A DNA stretch of 48,455 bases from Bacteroidota bacterium (GTDB lineage Bacteria > Bacteroidota > Ignavibacteria > T3Sed10-11). This document shows positions 1 through 8,629 of the stretch, in pieces. The stretch lies in NCBI GenBank assembly GCA_007128495.1, contig SKXH01000186.1, forward strand, positions 1 through 48,455. The letters are read 5' to 3'. The notes below the pieces were generated by a model. That model was not told the DNA's origin. It did not search any database and saw only the letters and a list, made by a program, of their open reading frames with translations. The position numbers and the translations under genes are program-made. Numbering within the stretch: the stretch's first letter is position 1; each line of letters starts with the position of its first letter.

Positions 1-1362
1 CCAACCGTCTACGGTGATTCTCATATCGGTCACGCAAAGAGTTATGTATCGTTCGATGTTGTCGTGAGGTATCTGCGGTATCTCGGCTACTCCGTCTTGT
101 ACATTCAAAACATCACCGACGTAGGACACCTGACCGACGATGCCGATGAAGGTGAGGATAAAATCGAGGCGGAAGCACGCAGGAGAAAACTCCAACCGAT
201 GGCTATCGTCGAACGGTATACACGCAGTTACTTTGAGGATATGGACCGGATGGACGTACTTCGCCCGGATATTTCACCGCGTGCGACGGGACATATTATC
301 GAACAAATTGAAATTATTAAAACGTTGATTGAAACCGGTTACGCTTATGAAGCCGACGGCTCGGTGTATTTCGACATAGAAAAATTCAATGAATACGGTA
401 AACTCTCCGGACGATCGATCGATGAAATGATCGCCGGTGCGCGGGTTGAGTCGAAGAGTGAAAAGCGCCATCCGGCAGATTTCGCACTCTGGAAAAAAGC
501 CGAACCCGAACACATTATGAAATGGCCGAGTCCCTGGGGTGTAGGATACCCCGGCTGGCACATCGAATGCTCCGCAATGTCGATGAAGTACCTCGGAGAG
601 CACTTCGATATTCACGGCGGCGGGATCGAGAATCAATTCCCCCATCACGAATGCGAGATCGCACAAAGCGAAGCTGCAACAGGCAAACCGTTCGCCAAGT
701 ACTGGATGCATAATAATATGGTTACCGTGAACGGACAAAAAATGGGTAAGTCACTCGGTAACTTTGTGACATTAAAGGATGCATTTGAACAATTCCACCC
801 TCTCGTGATGCGGTTTTTTATTTTACAAAGTCATTATAGAAGTCCGCTTGACTTCAGCAACGAAGCGCTCTCCGCCGCAAAAAAAGGATACGACCGGCTT
901 GTGAATACCGTTATGGTATTGCGGCAGCGAATCGATGTTAATCAGGAAGGCGAACCTATTCCGGTAGATGTTGCAAAGTATAAAGACAAAATGATCGAAG
1001 CGATGAATGATGATTTCAATGCATCGCAAACGATCGCCTATTTATTCGATCTTTCACGTGAAATGAATCAGTATCTTCACGACGGCAAACATTACAGCAC
1101 GGAATCACTCAAAGAGGTCGATAAGCTGTACCGTGAATTCGGCGATACGGTCCTGGGTATTATTCCAGAATCGCTTGAAACGACATCGTCAGTAAACGGC
1201 ACCATCGACGCCGACCTGATTCAGTTGCTGATAGAAGTTCGGCAGGAAGCTCGAAAACAAAAACAGTTTGCGCTTTCCGATCTCATTAGAGATCGACTAA
1301 AAGAGCTTGGCATACTGCTTGAAGATACACGCGAAGGAACCAACTGGAAACGTATCACCTAG
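1..1362 (+). CDS. cysS: cysteine--tRNA ligase (5' end cut by window edge)
   Basis: Frame 1 is open from nt 1 (PTVYGDSHIGHAKSY = class-I HIGH motif) to the stop at 1360-1362. It has a KMSKS-type loop 'KMGKSLGN' and 'GWHIECSAM' / 'HHECE' motifs typical of CysRS. The ORF-track start at 64 is only the first in-frame start-like codon. Confidence 0.95.
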   Translation, partial: PTVYGDSHIGHAKSYVSFDVVVRYLRYLGYSVLYIQNITDVGHLTDDADEGEDKIEAEARRRKLQPMAIVERYTRSYFEDMDRMDVLRPDISPRATGHIIEQIEIIKTLIETGYAYEADGSVYFDIEKFNEYGKLSGRSIDEMIAGARVESKSEKRHPADFALWKKAEPEHIMKWPSPWGVGYPGWHIECSAMSMKYLGEHFDIHGGGIENQFPHHECEIAQSEAATGKPFAKYWMHNNMVTVNGQKMGKSLGNFVTLKDAFEQFHPLVMRFFILQSHYRSPLDFSNEALSAAKKGYDRLVNTVMVLRQRIDVNQEGEPIPVDVAKYKDKMIEAMNDDFNASQTIAYLFDLSREMNQYLHDGKHYSTESLKEVDKLYREFGDTVLGIIPESLETTSSVNGTIDADLIQLLIEVRQEARKQKQFALSDLIRDRLKELGILLEDTREGTNWKRIT

Positions 1363-1388
1363 CATAAAAATAATCAGGAGATCGGGCT

Positions 1389-2174
1389 GTGAAACTATTA
1401 CATACTTACCTCGTCGTACTTTTGGTAACGGTTTTAATAATTCCTGATCATGAGTCAAGAGCCCAGGGCTCGGCAGGTGCAATGGCAAATATCGAACCGC
1501 GTCATATTATTGATATGCCGACGGCGGGATTGGTGCAGCGCGGAAGCTACTCGGTCGAAATGGATTTTTTCCAGCACGGGGGATTGATGGTGAGGATCAA
1601 CGCGGGTATAATGCCTAGTTTGAGTTTCGGGATATCGTATGGTGCAAATCACGTTATCGGATCCAATAAAATCGATCCGAATCCCCTGCCCGGTGTAAAT
1701 ATCCGCCTACGTCTGATCGATGAAACCCTGGTCGGTCCTGCATTAACAATAGGATTCGATTCTCAGGGAAAAGAATCGTATATTGAGGAATTAGAAAGAT
1801 TTACTATTAAATCTCCGGGTTTTTTCGTTGCGGCAAGCAAGAACTATAATTTTTTTGGTCACCTGTCCGTGCACGGAGGGTTAAATTATTCTCTCGAAGA
1901 CTCGGACGGCTCAAACGCATTAAATATGTATACCGGGGCGGAGAAATCGATAGGTGACGATATTTCTCTCATTGTTGAATATAATTTCGCCTTGAACGAT
2001 GCACGAGCCGATGCGGTTGGACGCGGGCGCGGATATCTGAATACCGGTATGCGCTGGTCTTTTGGCGGAGGATTCACCCTCGGATTTGATCTGAAAGATC
2101 TATTTAAAAACCAGCCAGACCAAATCTCTATTGGTAATCGTACCGTATATATTGAATATGTGAACTTCTTTTAA
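1389..2174 (+). CDS. hypothetical outer-membrane beta-barrel protein
   Basis: GTG start 9 nt after AGGAG. Signal peptide (LVVLLVTVLIIP...SRAQG), alternating polar/hydrophobic Gly/aromatic-rich strands, and a C-terminal 'YIEYVNFF' with terminal Phe (OMP beta-signal). No family recognised. Confidence 0.6.
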   Translation: MKLLHTYLVVLLVTVLIIPDHESRAQGSAGAMANIEPRHIIDMPTAGLVQRGSYSVEMDFFQHGGLMVRINAGIMPSLSFGISYGANHVIGSNKIDPNPLPGVNIRLRLIDETLVGPALTIGFDSQGKESYIEELERFTIKSPGFFVAASKNYNFFGHLSVHGGLNYSLEDSDGSNALNMYTGAEKSIGDDISLIVEYNFALNDARADAVGRGRGYLNTGMRWSFGGGFTLGFDLKDLFKNQPDQISIGNRTVYIEYVNFF

Positions 2175-2338
2175 TATAATGGTGTACTAAAAAATAGACA
2201 GTCAGGCGAACGAAATTAAACATCCAATTGTTATAAGTTATTGAAAACAAAAGGTTTGGATTTGTAAGATTGACTGGCATCAGATTTGCAGTTACAATAA
2301 AGTGAGGAATTTGATTCACTTATACAGCGAGGTGTGCT

Positions 2339-3736
2339 ATGAAGCGAAATAAATTGACATATATGACCCTGATACCGGGACTTGCGCTGATTTTTCTCAT
2401 TTCCGGCTGCTATACGCAAGTCGGAACTGTAAAAGAATCGCGGCCGGCTCCTCAAGAAGAGGTCTATGTTGAGGAACATTATGACGATACCGGAACCACA
2501 TACCGGTATTATTCCGACGACTACTATTATGACGATTATTCATACCGGTCGCCGCGGCACAGGATGTTTTTCCGGTATTATTACCCCACACATTACTCAT
2601 TTGGATGGGGTGTTTACCATGATCCCTTCTTCGTACACCAAACATACTATGATCCATTCTGGTATGATCGGTACTATGCATGGGATCCGTGGTATTATCC
2701 GCGATATTCATTTAATGTATATTACGGCTGGCCTTCCTGGAGATATCGGTATCACAGTTATAACCGCTGGTACGCAGGCCATTACATGTCACCGTGGGGC
2801 CCGTGGGGCTATACACGACATTATCCGGTCTATACCTTCAGGGATAGAGCGGGTACACCGCGTACATTCGGTACCACCCGCGGTTACACACGCGATACAC
2901 GAGATACCCGTGGTACTGGCGTACGTTTACCGGCAGCAGGCAGGGCTGTTGACAGCGGATCAGGTGTTACAGGAAGACGTGATGCCGAAGGCAGGTCTGG
3001 TACAACTGTCAGGGGAACTGATAGAAGACGGGGCACCGAAACCCGCGGTACCGATACACGGGTACGCGGTCGGGATTCACAGCGGGGACGCGAGGGTACC
3101 GTACGGCAGCCGACCAGAACACGAACCCCTGATCGCTCACGAGAAAGTACGACACGAGATACAGGCAGCCGCCGGGATAGCGGGCAGGAAGCAACCCGTT
3201 CACGAGATACCCGGAGCCGCGATCAATCCCGGGAAGCATCGACCCGGCAACGCTCCCGCGACGATTCAAGTTCTGAATCACGAACAGTAAGACCGCGCGA
3301 ACGCGATGATGCACAAGCGCCTGCTTCCCGTGTACGCTCAAGCGATTCACGGAACAGAACACAATCAACACAACCGAGAGTGAGGTCACGAGAAGACAAT
3401 AGTTCATCACAGAGAGCACCGGCACCGCGTGTCCGGACACCAAACACCGAGACAAGAACGCAATCGACACCGCCGCCGCGCGTCAGATCGCAGGGGAGTC
3501 AGGAACGTACGCGGGTACAAAGTACACCGAACCGTACCAATAATGAGAACGTGCGGTCAAGACCGGCACCCCGGCGCGACAATAGCTCACGGGTACAAAG
3601 CTCAAGTCCTCCACGGCAAAGAAGTGTCGGCACTTCATCACAGCGATCCAGGGGAAATGACAGCTCGGTACGGTCGAGCAGCAGAGGCAGCAGTAGAGAT
3701 TCGAGTTCGAGCAGAGGCAGCGGTCGTCGGCGGTAA
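2339..3736 (+). CDS. lipoprotein with aromatic-rich module and Arg/Ser/Thr-rich low-complexity tail
   Basis: ATG preceded by GAGGTG. Lipobox 'LISGC' (Cys24). Residues 41-170 are extremely Tyr/Trp/Phe-rich. Residues 171-465 are R/S/T/D/Q/P-rich with no Lys. A terminator hairpin follows the stop. Confidence 0.75.
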   Translation: MKRNKLTYMTLIPGLALIFLISGCYTQVGTVKESRPAPQEEVYVEEHYDDTGTTYRYYSDDYYYDDYSYRSPRHRMFFRYYYPTHYSFGWGVYHDPFFVHQTYYDPFWYDRYYAWDPWYYPRYSFNVYYGWPSWRYRYHSYNRWYAGHYMSPWGPWGYTRHYPVYTFRDRAGTPRTFGTTRGYTRDTRDTRGTGVRLPAAGRAVDSGSGVTGRRDAEGRSGTTVRGTDRRRGTETRGTDTRVRGRDSQRGREGTVRQPTRTRTPDRSRESTTRDTGSRRDSGQEATRSRDTRSRDQSREASTRQRSRDDSSSESRTVRPRERDDAQAPASRVRSSDSRNRTQSTQPRVRSREDNSSSQRAPAPRVRTPNTETRTQSTPPPRVRSQGSQERTRVQSTPNRTNNENVRSRPAPRRDNSSRVQSSSPPRQRSVGTSSQRSRGNDSSVRSSSRGSSRDSSSSRGSGRRR

Positions 3737-3788
3737 CAAACTGATTTAACAAAAAAATAAAAATAAATTTCGCTTCAAATAAACACCT

Positions 3789-3824
3789 CCCGCCCTGTCG
3801 AAAGTATCTTGGCAGGGCGGTTTT
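3789..3824 (+). terminator. rho-independent terminator after the lipoprotein gene
   Basis: Stem cccgccctg (3789-3797) pairs with cagggcgg (3813-3820), followed by TTTT (3821-3824). Confidence 0.7.
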
Positions 3825-3838
3825 GTAAGGATACGTCA

Positions 3839-5284
3839 ATGAACAGAAGAAGAGTGATGATCATGAAAAAAAATAAATGGACGAAACGACTGGTGATCGG
3901 GATGGCCTTCTTGATGGTGATGGTAGTTCCCGGATTAGAAGCACAATTCCTCGAAGATGCCCTGCGGCTTGATTATGGAATGCTCGGAAGCGGTGCGCGC
4001 TCGCTGTCGATGGGTACTGCATATCTCGCGGTCGCCGATGACTTTAGCGCCACATTTTATAACCCTGCCGGACTTGCACAAATACGTGATTTCGAAATTG
4101 CCGGCGGTCTGCGTCACACCACATTCCGTAACAATGCATCGCATCTCGGTAATATTACCGAAGGCAGGGGTTCTTCTACAAACCTGGATAATTTAGGAAT
4201 TGTAATTCCCGTTCCGACAGTTCAGGGAAGTCTCACATTTGCAATCGGTTATAATCGTGTAAACGACTTTACACAGATCAGCATGTTTGAAGGATTTAAC
4301 GAAAACGATTCGATCATTCCGGATCTGTTTTATAGCCGCGACAGAATGTCGTACATGCTTGATTTAGCAGATTCAACCGGTGTACCTTTTTATACACGAA
4401 ACCTGCAACAGGAAGGAACACTTGAAGAATTCGGCTCGATAAACAACTGGAGTTTTTCAGGTGGTATTGAAGCCGTTCCCAATTTTTTCGTTGGCACAAC
4501 CCTGAATTTGATTTCCGGAAATTACCGGCACACTTTTTTATTTGAAGAGATCGATGTATTAGGAATCTACGATACATTTCCCGACGATCTGCATCGCCTG
4601 CTCGTTGAAGATCAGATAGATGCGCGTATTTCCGGTTTCAACGCCATCTTCGGAGGTCTGTACTCAATAGATGATTTCATCAAAGTCGGCGGGACAATTC
4701 AAACACCGACTCGTTATTCTATCGAAGAGGACTATTCCAGTTTTGGACGAAGTGAATTCTCCGCTCCGGGTGACTACCTTGAAGATGAAATCGAAGCATT
4801 CATCGACTACGATGTAAGAACACCATGGAAATTCAGCGCCGGCGCTTCATTAAGTATGACCGGTCTGACAGTTGCCGCTTCTGTTGAGTATCAGGATTGG
4901 ACACAACTTGAATTCCGGAATGCGCCGAGTGAAATTCTATCGATAAACAGGGACATCCGCGAAACCTTAGAACCGACTACAAATATTCAAGCAGGTGCAG
5001 AAATTGATTTTCCTTTGATCCCCCTTGCCGTACGCGGCGGTTACATATACCAACCATCTCCATATAAAAATACACCATCAGAACTGGACCGTGAATATAT
5101 CACCGGTGGTGTAGGATTTACCCTGCAGGATGCTATTTCTCTCGATATTGCATTCATGTATGGTTTGTGGGAATCTGATTTATTTATTTATGAATATCCG
5201 GCAAATGGATTTTGGAATCCCCGCTTCGTAGAGGAAGATATTACGAAACGTTCTGTTGTATTTTCATTCAGATACAAATTTTAA
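3839..5284 (+). CDS. FadL/OmpP1/PorV-like outer-membrane beta-barrel protein
   Basis: Signal peptide ending 'PGLEAQ'. N-terminal 'GARSLSMGTAYLAVADDFSATFYNPAGLA' motif typical of FadL/TodX/PorV-type barrels. C-terminal 'VVFSFRYKF' beta-signal. The track start at 3809 (TTG) lies inside the upstream terminator, so ATG 3839 is preferred. Confidence 0.7.
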   Translation: MNRRRVMIMKKNKWTKRLVIGMAFLMVMVVPGLEAQFLEDALRLDYGMLGSGARSLSMGTAYLAVADDFSATFYNPAGLAQIRDFEIAGGLRHTTFRNNASHLGNITEGRGSSTNLDNLGIVIPVPTVQGSLTFAIGYNRVNDFTQISMFEGFNENDSIIPDLFYSRDRMSYMLDLADSTGVPFYTRNLQQEGTLEEFGSINNWSFSGGIEAVPNFFVGTTLNLISGNYRHTFLFEEIDVLGIYDTFPDDLHRLLVEDQIDARISGFNAIFGGLYSIDDFIKVGGTIQTPTRYSIEEDYSSFGRSEFSAPGDYLEDEIEAFIDYDVRTPWKFSAGASLSMTGLTVAASVEYQDWTQLEFRNAPSEILSINRDIRETLEPTTNIQAGAEIDFPLIPLAVRGGYIYQPSPYKNTPSELDREYITGGVGFTLQDAISLDIAFMYGLWESDLFIYEYPANGFWNPRFVEEDITKRSVVFSFRYKF

Positions 5285-5296
5285 AAAGATGCTCAC

Positions 5297-5354
5297 GGGG
5301 GCTGTAGAAGATCTCTGATAATTCACCACCGGTTACTTTACAGCCCTCTTTTTT
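5297..5354 (+). terminator. possible rho-independent terminator
   Basis: gggctgta (5299-5306) pairs with tacagccc (5339-5346), followed by tcTTTTTT (5347-5354). The 32-nt loop is long, so confidence is modest. Confidence 0.45.
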
Positions 5355-5431
5355 ATATCTCCACTTTTCCTTGAATACCTCATACCTTTTCAGTAAATTT
5401 AAAAATTAGATTATCATTACAGACAATCATT

Positions 5432-7846
5432 ATGTTTTCTAAAAAGAGATTATTTATCGGAATAACCGGTACGCTCATTGTTGTTCTCATAGCCGGTTTT
5501 TTATTTGTTAGACATCTTATTACCCGATCATTTCCCGAATATGAAGCGACTATAACATGCCAGGAGGTGAGTGAGCCCGTATCTATTTACCGGGATGAGT
5601 ATGGTGTCCCCCGTATAGAAGCCGCCAATGAGGATGATGCATTTTTTGCAGCGGGTTTTGTTCACGCACAAGACCGTTTATGGCAAATGGAATTATCCCG
5701 GCGGGTTGCAGAAGGACGGCTCGCGGAACTGCTCGGAGAAGATGCCATCGAAATAGACAAATTATTCAGAACACTCGGCTTAAAAGACATCATTACCGGG
5801 ACGCTGAATGAATTGCCCGGGGAATTTAAGCATATACTTGAACGCTATTCAGCGGGTGTTAATTATGTTATAGAATCGTCGAAGGGAAAGTATCCCGTTG
5901 AATTTGATATTCTTCATCATGAACCAGAACCATGGAAACCGGTACATAGTTTGTTGATCGGAAAGTTAATGGCCTGGGAATTGAATCTTGCGTGGCGTTC
6001 AAACATTGCGTTGGGTCAAATTGTTGAAAACATCGATATTGAGCTTGCAATGGAAGCACTCCCCGGCTATCCACCGGATGCACCGAAGGTTATACCGGAG
6101 GAACTTCGAGGTAGACGCTTTACGAAGACAATGCGTAAGATAAAGGAAATCGACTCACGCTATCGAGAACTTACCGGAACTCAAGGATCACACATCGGAA
6201 GCAATAGCTGGGTAATTAGCGGTGAACATACTGCAAGCGGGAAACCGATGATTGCAAACGACCCGCACCTCGGATTAGCGGCTCCTTCGAGATGGTACGA
6301 ACTGAACATCGATGCGGGCAATGAATTTGCCGCCGGAGGAATGACCCTCCCGGGCGCTCCCGTCATCGTCATCGGCCGGAACAATGCGATCGCCTGGGGT
6401 TTAACAAATATGATGGTGGATGACGCCGATTTTTATATGGAAGATATCGACACAACTGAAGTACCCCGCTATCGTCTCGATAATGAATGGCTTGAATTAG
6501 AAAGCCGCGAAGAGAAAATAATAGTAAAAGATGCCGATCCCGTTACATTTAATGTTTATTCCACACATCGCGGTCCCCTGGTGCAATCGGTGCTCGGGAT
6601 AGAACCCGGTATTTGGGAGGATCAACCTATCAGTATGCGATGGACGGGGCTTGAGGTAACCAACGAGCTTCAAGCACTTTATGCTGTGAATAAAGCGGCA
6701 ACATACGGGGAGTTCCGCGAGAGCTTACGGGATTTCTCTGCACCCGGTCAGAATTTTCTGTATGCAGACACTGCCGGAAATATTGCATACTTCGCTGCTG
6801 CCCGGCTACCTGTCCGTCCGCACGGCAATCCGATGCTTCCATTCGCGGGATGGGACAGCCGGTATGATTGGACGGGATATGTTCCTTTCGATGAACTTCC
6901 GGAACTGTATAATCCTCCAGATGGTATAATAGCAAATGCGAACAACAAAATCGTAGACGATACCTATCCATATTACATAGGTTCTCTCTGGGAACATCCC
7001 TCAAGAATAGTACGAATACTTGAAATGCTTGATGAGAGCGAAACATTTCTTATAAACGATTTTCAGCGTATGCAAAAAGATTATATTTCTCCCCATGCAC
7101 GGGAGATCGTGCCGTATATACTCCGGGCGTATGAAGATATAACTATTGACGATGATGATATCAACCGCTTATTGAGTTATTTCAGAAATTGGGATTTTTA
7201 TTACGGGGCCGAAGATGTTCCAACAACTATATTCAATGTGTTCTGTTATAAGTTGATCAAGAATACTTTCAAACCCCGGATGGGTGAAGAGCTTTTCACA
7301 GAATACGTCAGTCTTGGTAATATTCCAACAAGAGCGCTCGGCCAAATCCTAACTTCACCAAACTCGGAATGGTTCGACAATCCAAATACCTCTCGAAGAG
7401 AAAACCGGGATGTTATAATCCGGCAGAGCGCTACCGATGCATTAAACTATCTCCGTGAAGAACTCGGCGACGACATTCGAACATGGCGATGGGGTTCGAT
7501 CCACACGGTAACATTCGAACATATATTCGGCAGCCGTTCGCCGATCGACAGAGTAGTGAATATCGGCCCGTTTCCCGTCGGCGGTTCGGCAACCACTGTC
7601 AACAAAAGCGAATATTTACTATTTGACCCCTACGAGACTGTCGTCGGCGCATCCATGCGGTTTATTGTGGATATGGAGAACCCCTCAACGGCATACACAG
7701 TAATACCGACCGGTCAATCGGGACAACCGCTTCACCGGCACTATAAAGATCAAACGCAGCTCTGGCTCGACGGCCGGTATAAAACCACAACGCTGCACGA
7801 AGAGCCCGGTGTACAATATAAATTGGTCAGATTACTTCCTGAATAA
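5432..7846 (+). CDS. penicillin acylase family Ntn-hydrolase (penicillin/AHL-acylase-like)
   Basis: N-terminal membrane/signal segment. 'FFAAGFVHAQDRLWQME' alpha-subunit motif. 'GSNSWVISG' self-processing site exposing the nucleophile Ser. 'ANDPHL'. At 804 aa it has the typical family size. Confidence 0.9.
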   Translation: MFSKKRLFIGITGTLIVVLIAGFLFVRHLITRSFPEYEATITCQEVSEPVSIYRDEYGVPRIEAANEDDAFFAAGFVHAQDRLWQMELSRRVAEGRLAELLGEDAIEIDKLFRTLGLKDIITGTLNELPGEFKHILERYSAGVNYVIESSKGKYPVEFDILHHEPEPWKPVHSLLIGKLMAWELNLAWRSNIALGQIVENIDIELAMEALPGYPPDAPKVIPEELRGRRFTKTMRKIKEIDSRYRELTGTQGSHIGSNSWVISGEHTASGKPMIANDPHLGLAAPSRWYELNIDAGNEFAAGGMTLPGAPVIVIGRNNAIAWGLTNMMVDDADFYMEDIDTTEVPRYRLDNEWLELESREEKIIVKDADPVTFNVYSTHRGPLVQSVLGIEPGIWEDQPISMRWTGLEVTNELQALYAVNKAATYGEFRESLRDFSAPGQNFLYADTAGNIAYFAAARLPVRPHGNPMLPFAGWDSRYDWTGYVPFDELPELYNPPDGIIANANNKIVDDTYPYYIGSLWEHPSRIVRILEMLDESETFLINDFQRMQKDYISPHAREIVPYILRAYEDITIDDDDINRLLSYFRNWDFYYGAEDVPTTIFNVFCYKLIKNTFKPRMGEELFTEYVSLGNIPTRALGQILTSPNSEWFDNPNTSRRENRDVIIRQSATDALNYLREELGDDIRTWRWGSIHTVTFEHIFGSRSPIDRVVNIGPFPVGGSATTVNKSEYLLFDPYETVVGASMRFIVDMENPSTAYTVIPTGQSGQPLHRHYKDQTQLWLDGRYKTTTLHEEPGVQYKLVRLLPE

Positions 7847-7861
7847 TAATGAGGTGCGATT

Positions 7862-8629
7862 ATGATTACTGAAACTATTCCTGAAATTGTAAACGAAAAG
7901 CTAAAACAGGCACGTGTTATCGGCGCCTTTACCGGTGCAGGCATCTCTGCGGAAAGTAATGTTCCCACGTTCCGGGGAGACGAGGGTTTATGGACGAAGT
8001 TTAAACCAGAAGAACTTGCAAACTTCAATGCATTTATGAAAAACCCCGAACTTGTATGGGAATGGTATTCCGCTCGAAAAAAAATTATTCACGAGGCGCA
8101 GCCGAATCCGGGTCATCTTGCTCTTGCGGAACTTGAAGAACTCGTCGATGAAGTAATAATTGTTACACAGAACATTGATAACCTACACCGGCGTGCAGGC
8201 AGTTCCCGTGTGCATGAATTACATGGCAACATTGAACGCAATTATTGCATTAAATGCGGCGAGACCTACACCGACGATGCGATCTTATCGGGTACGCTTC
8301 CGCCAAAATGCAGAAAATGCGATGGCCTCGTTCGTCCCGATGTCGTGTGGTTCGGTGAATATTTACCACAGGATGAATTCACCGCAGGCGAAGAAGCAGC
8401 CGAACGGTCGGATGTGTTCTTCTCTCTCGGAACATCGGCAATCGTATATCCGGCCGCATCAATTCCGCAGATTGCCAAACGCGCCGGTGCATTTCTAATA
8501 GAAATTAATCCTGAAACTACTCCGCTATCGGATATAGCAGATGTTACCATTCTCGGTAAGACCGGTACCATACTGCCTGAAATCGTCAAATCACTTCGTT
8601 CGATCAAAAAGGAAGGAACCAACAATTGA
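7862..8629 (+). CDS. cobB: NAD-dependent protein deacylase (Sir2/CobB family)
   Basis: 'GAGISAESNVPTFRG', 'TQNIDNLH', catalytic 'ELHGN', and the zinc ribbon CIKC...CRKC. Confidence 0.9.
   Translation: MITETIPEIVNEKLKQARVIGAFTGAGISAESNVPTFRGDEGLWTKFKPEELANFNAFMKNPELVWEWYSARKKIIHEAQPNPGHLALAELEELVDEVIIVTQNIDNLHRRAGSSRVHELHGNIERNYCIKCGETYTDDAILSGTLPPKCRKCDGLVRPDVVWFGEYLPQDEFTAGEEAAERSDVFFSLGTSAIVYPAASIPQIAKRAGAFLIEINPETTPLSDIADVTILGKTGTILPEIVKSLRSIKKEGTNN

Noticed and set aside
3809-3838. TTG start at 3809 for the FadL-like barrel gene
   Set aside because: It lies inside the terminator stem-loop at 3789-3824. ATG 3839 gives a normal signal peptide.
2397-3839. Long alternative-frame and antisense ORFs (2397-2711 minus, 2466-3290 plus, 3009-3470 minus, 3223-3447 minus, 3429-3749 plus, 3483-3839 minus) overlapping the lipoprotein gene
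   Set aside because: They are a by-product of the biased, GC-rich low-complexity coding sequence. They have no start context, export signal or motif. The frame with lipobox, RBS and terminator explains the region.
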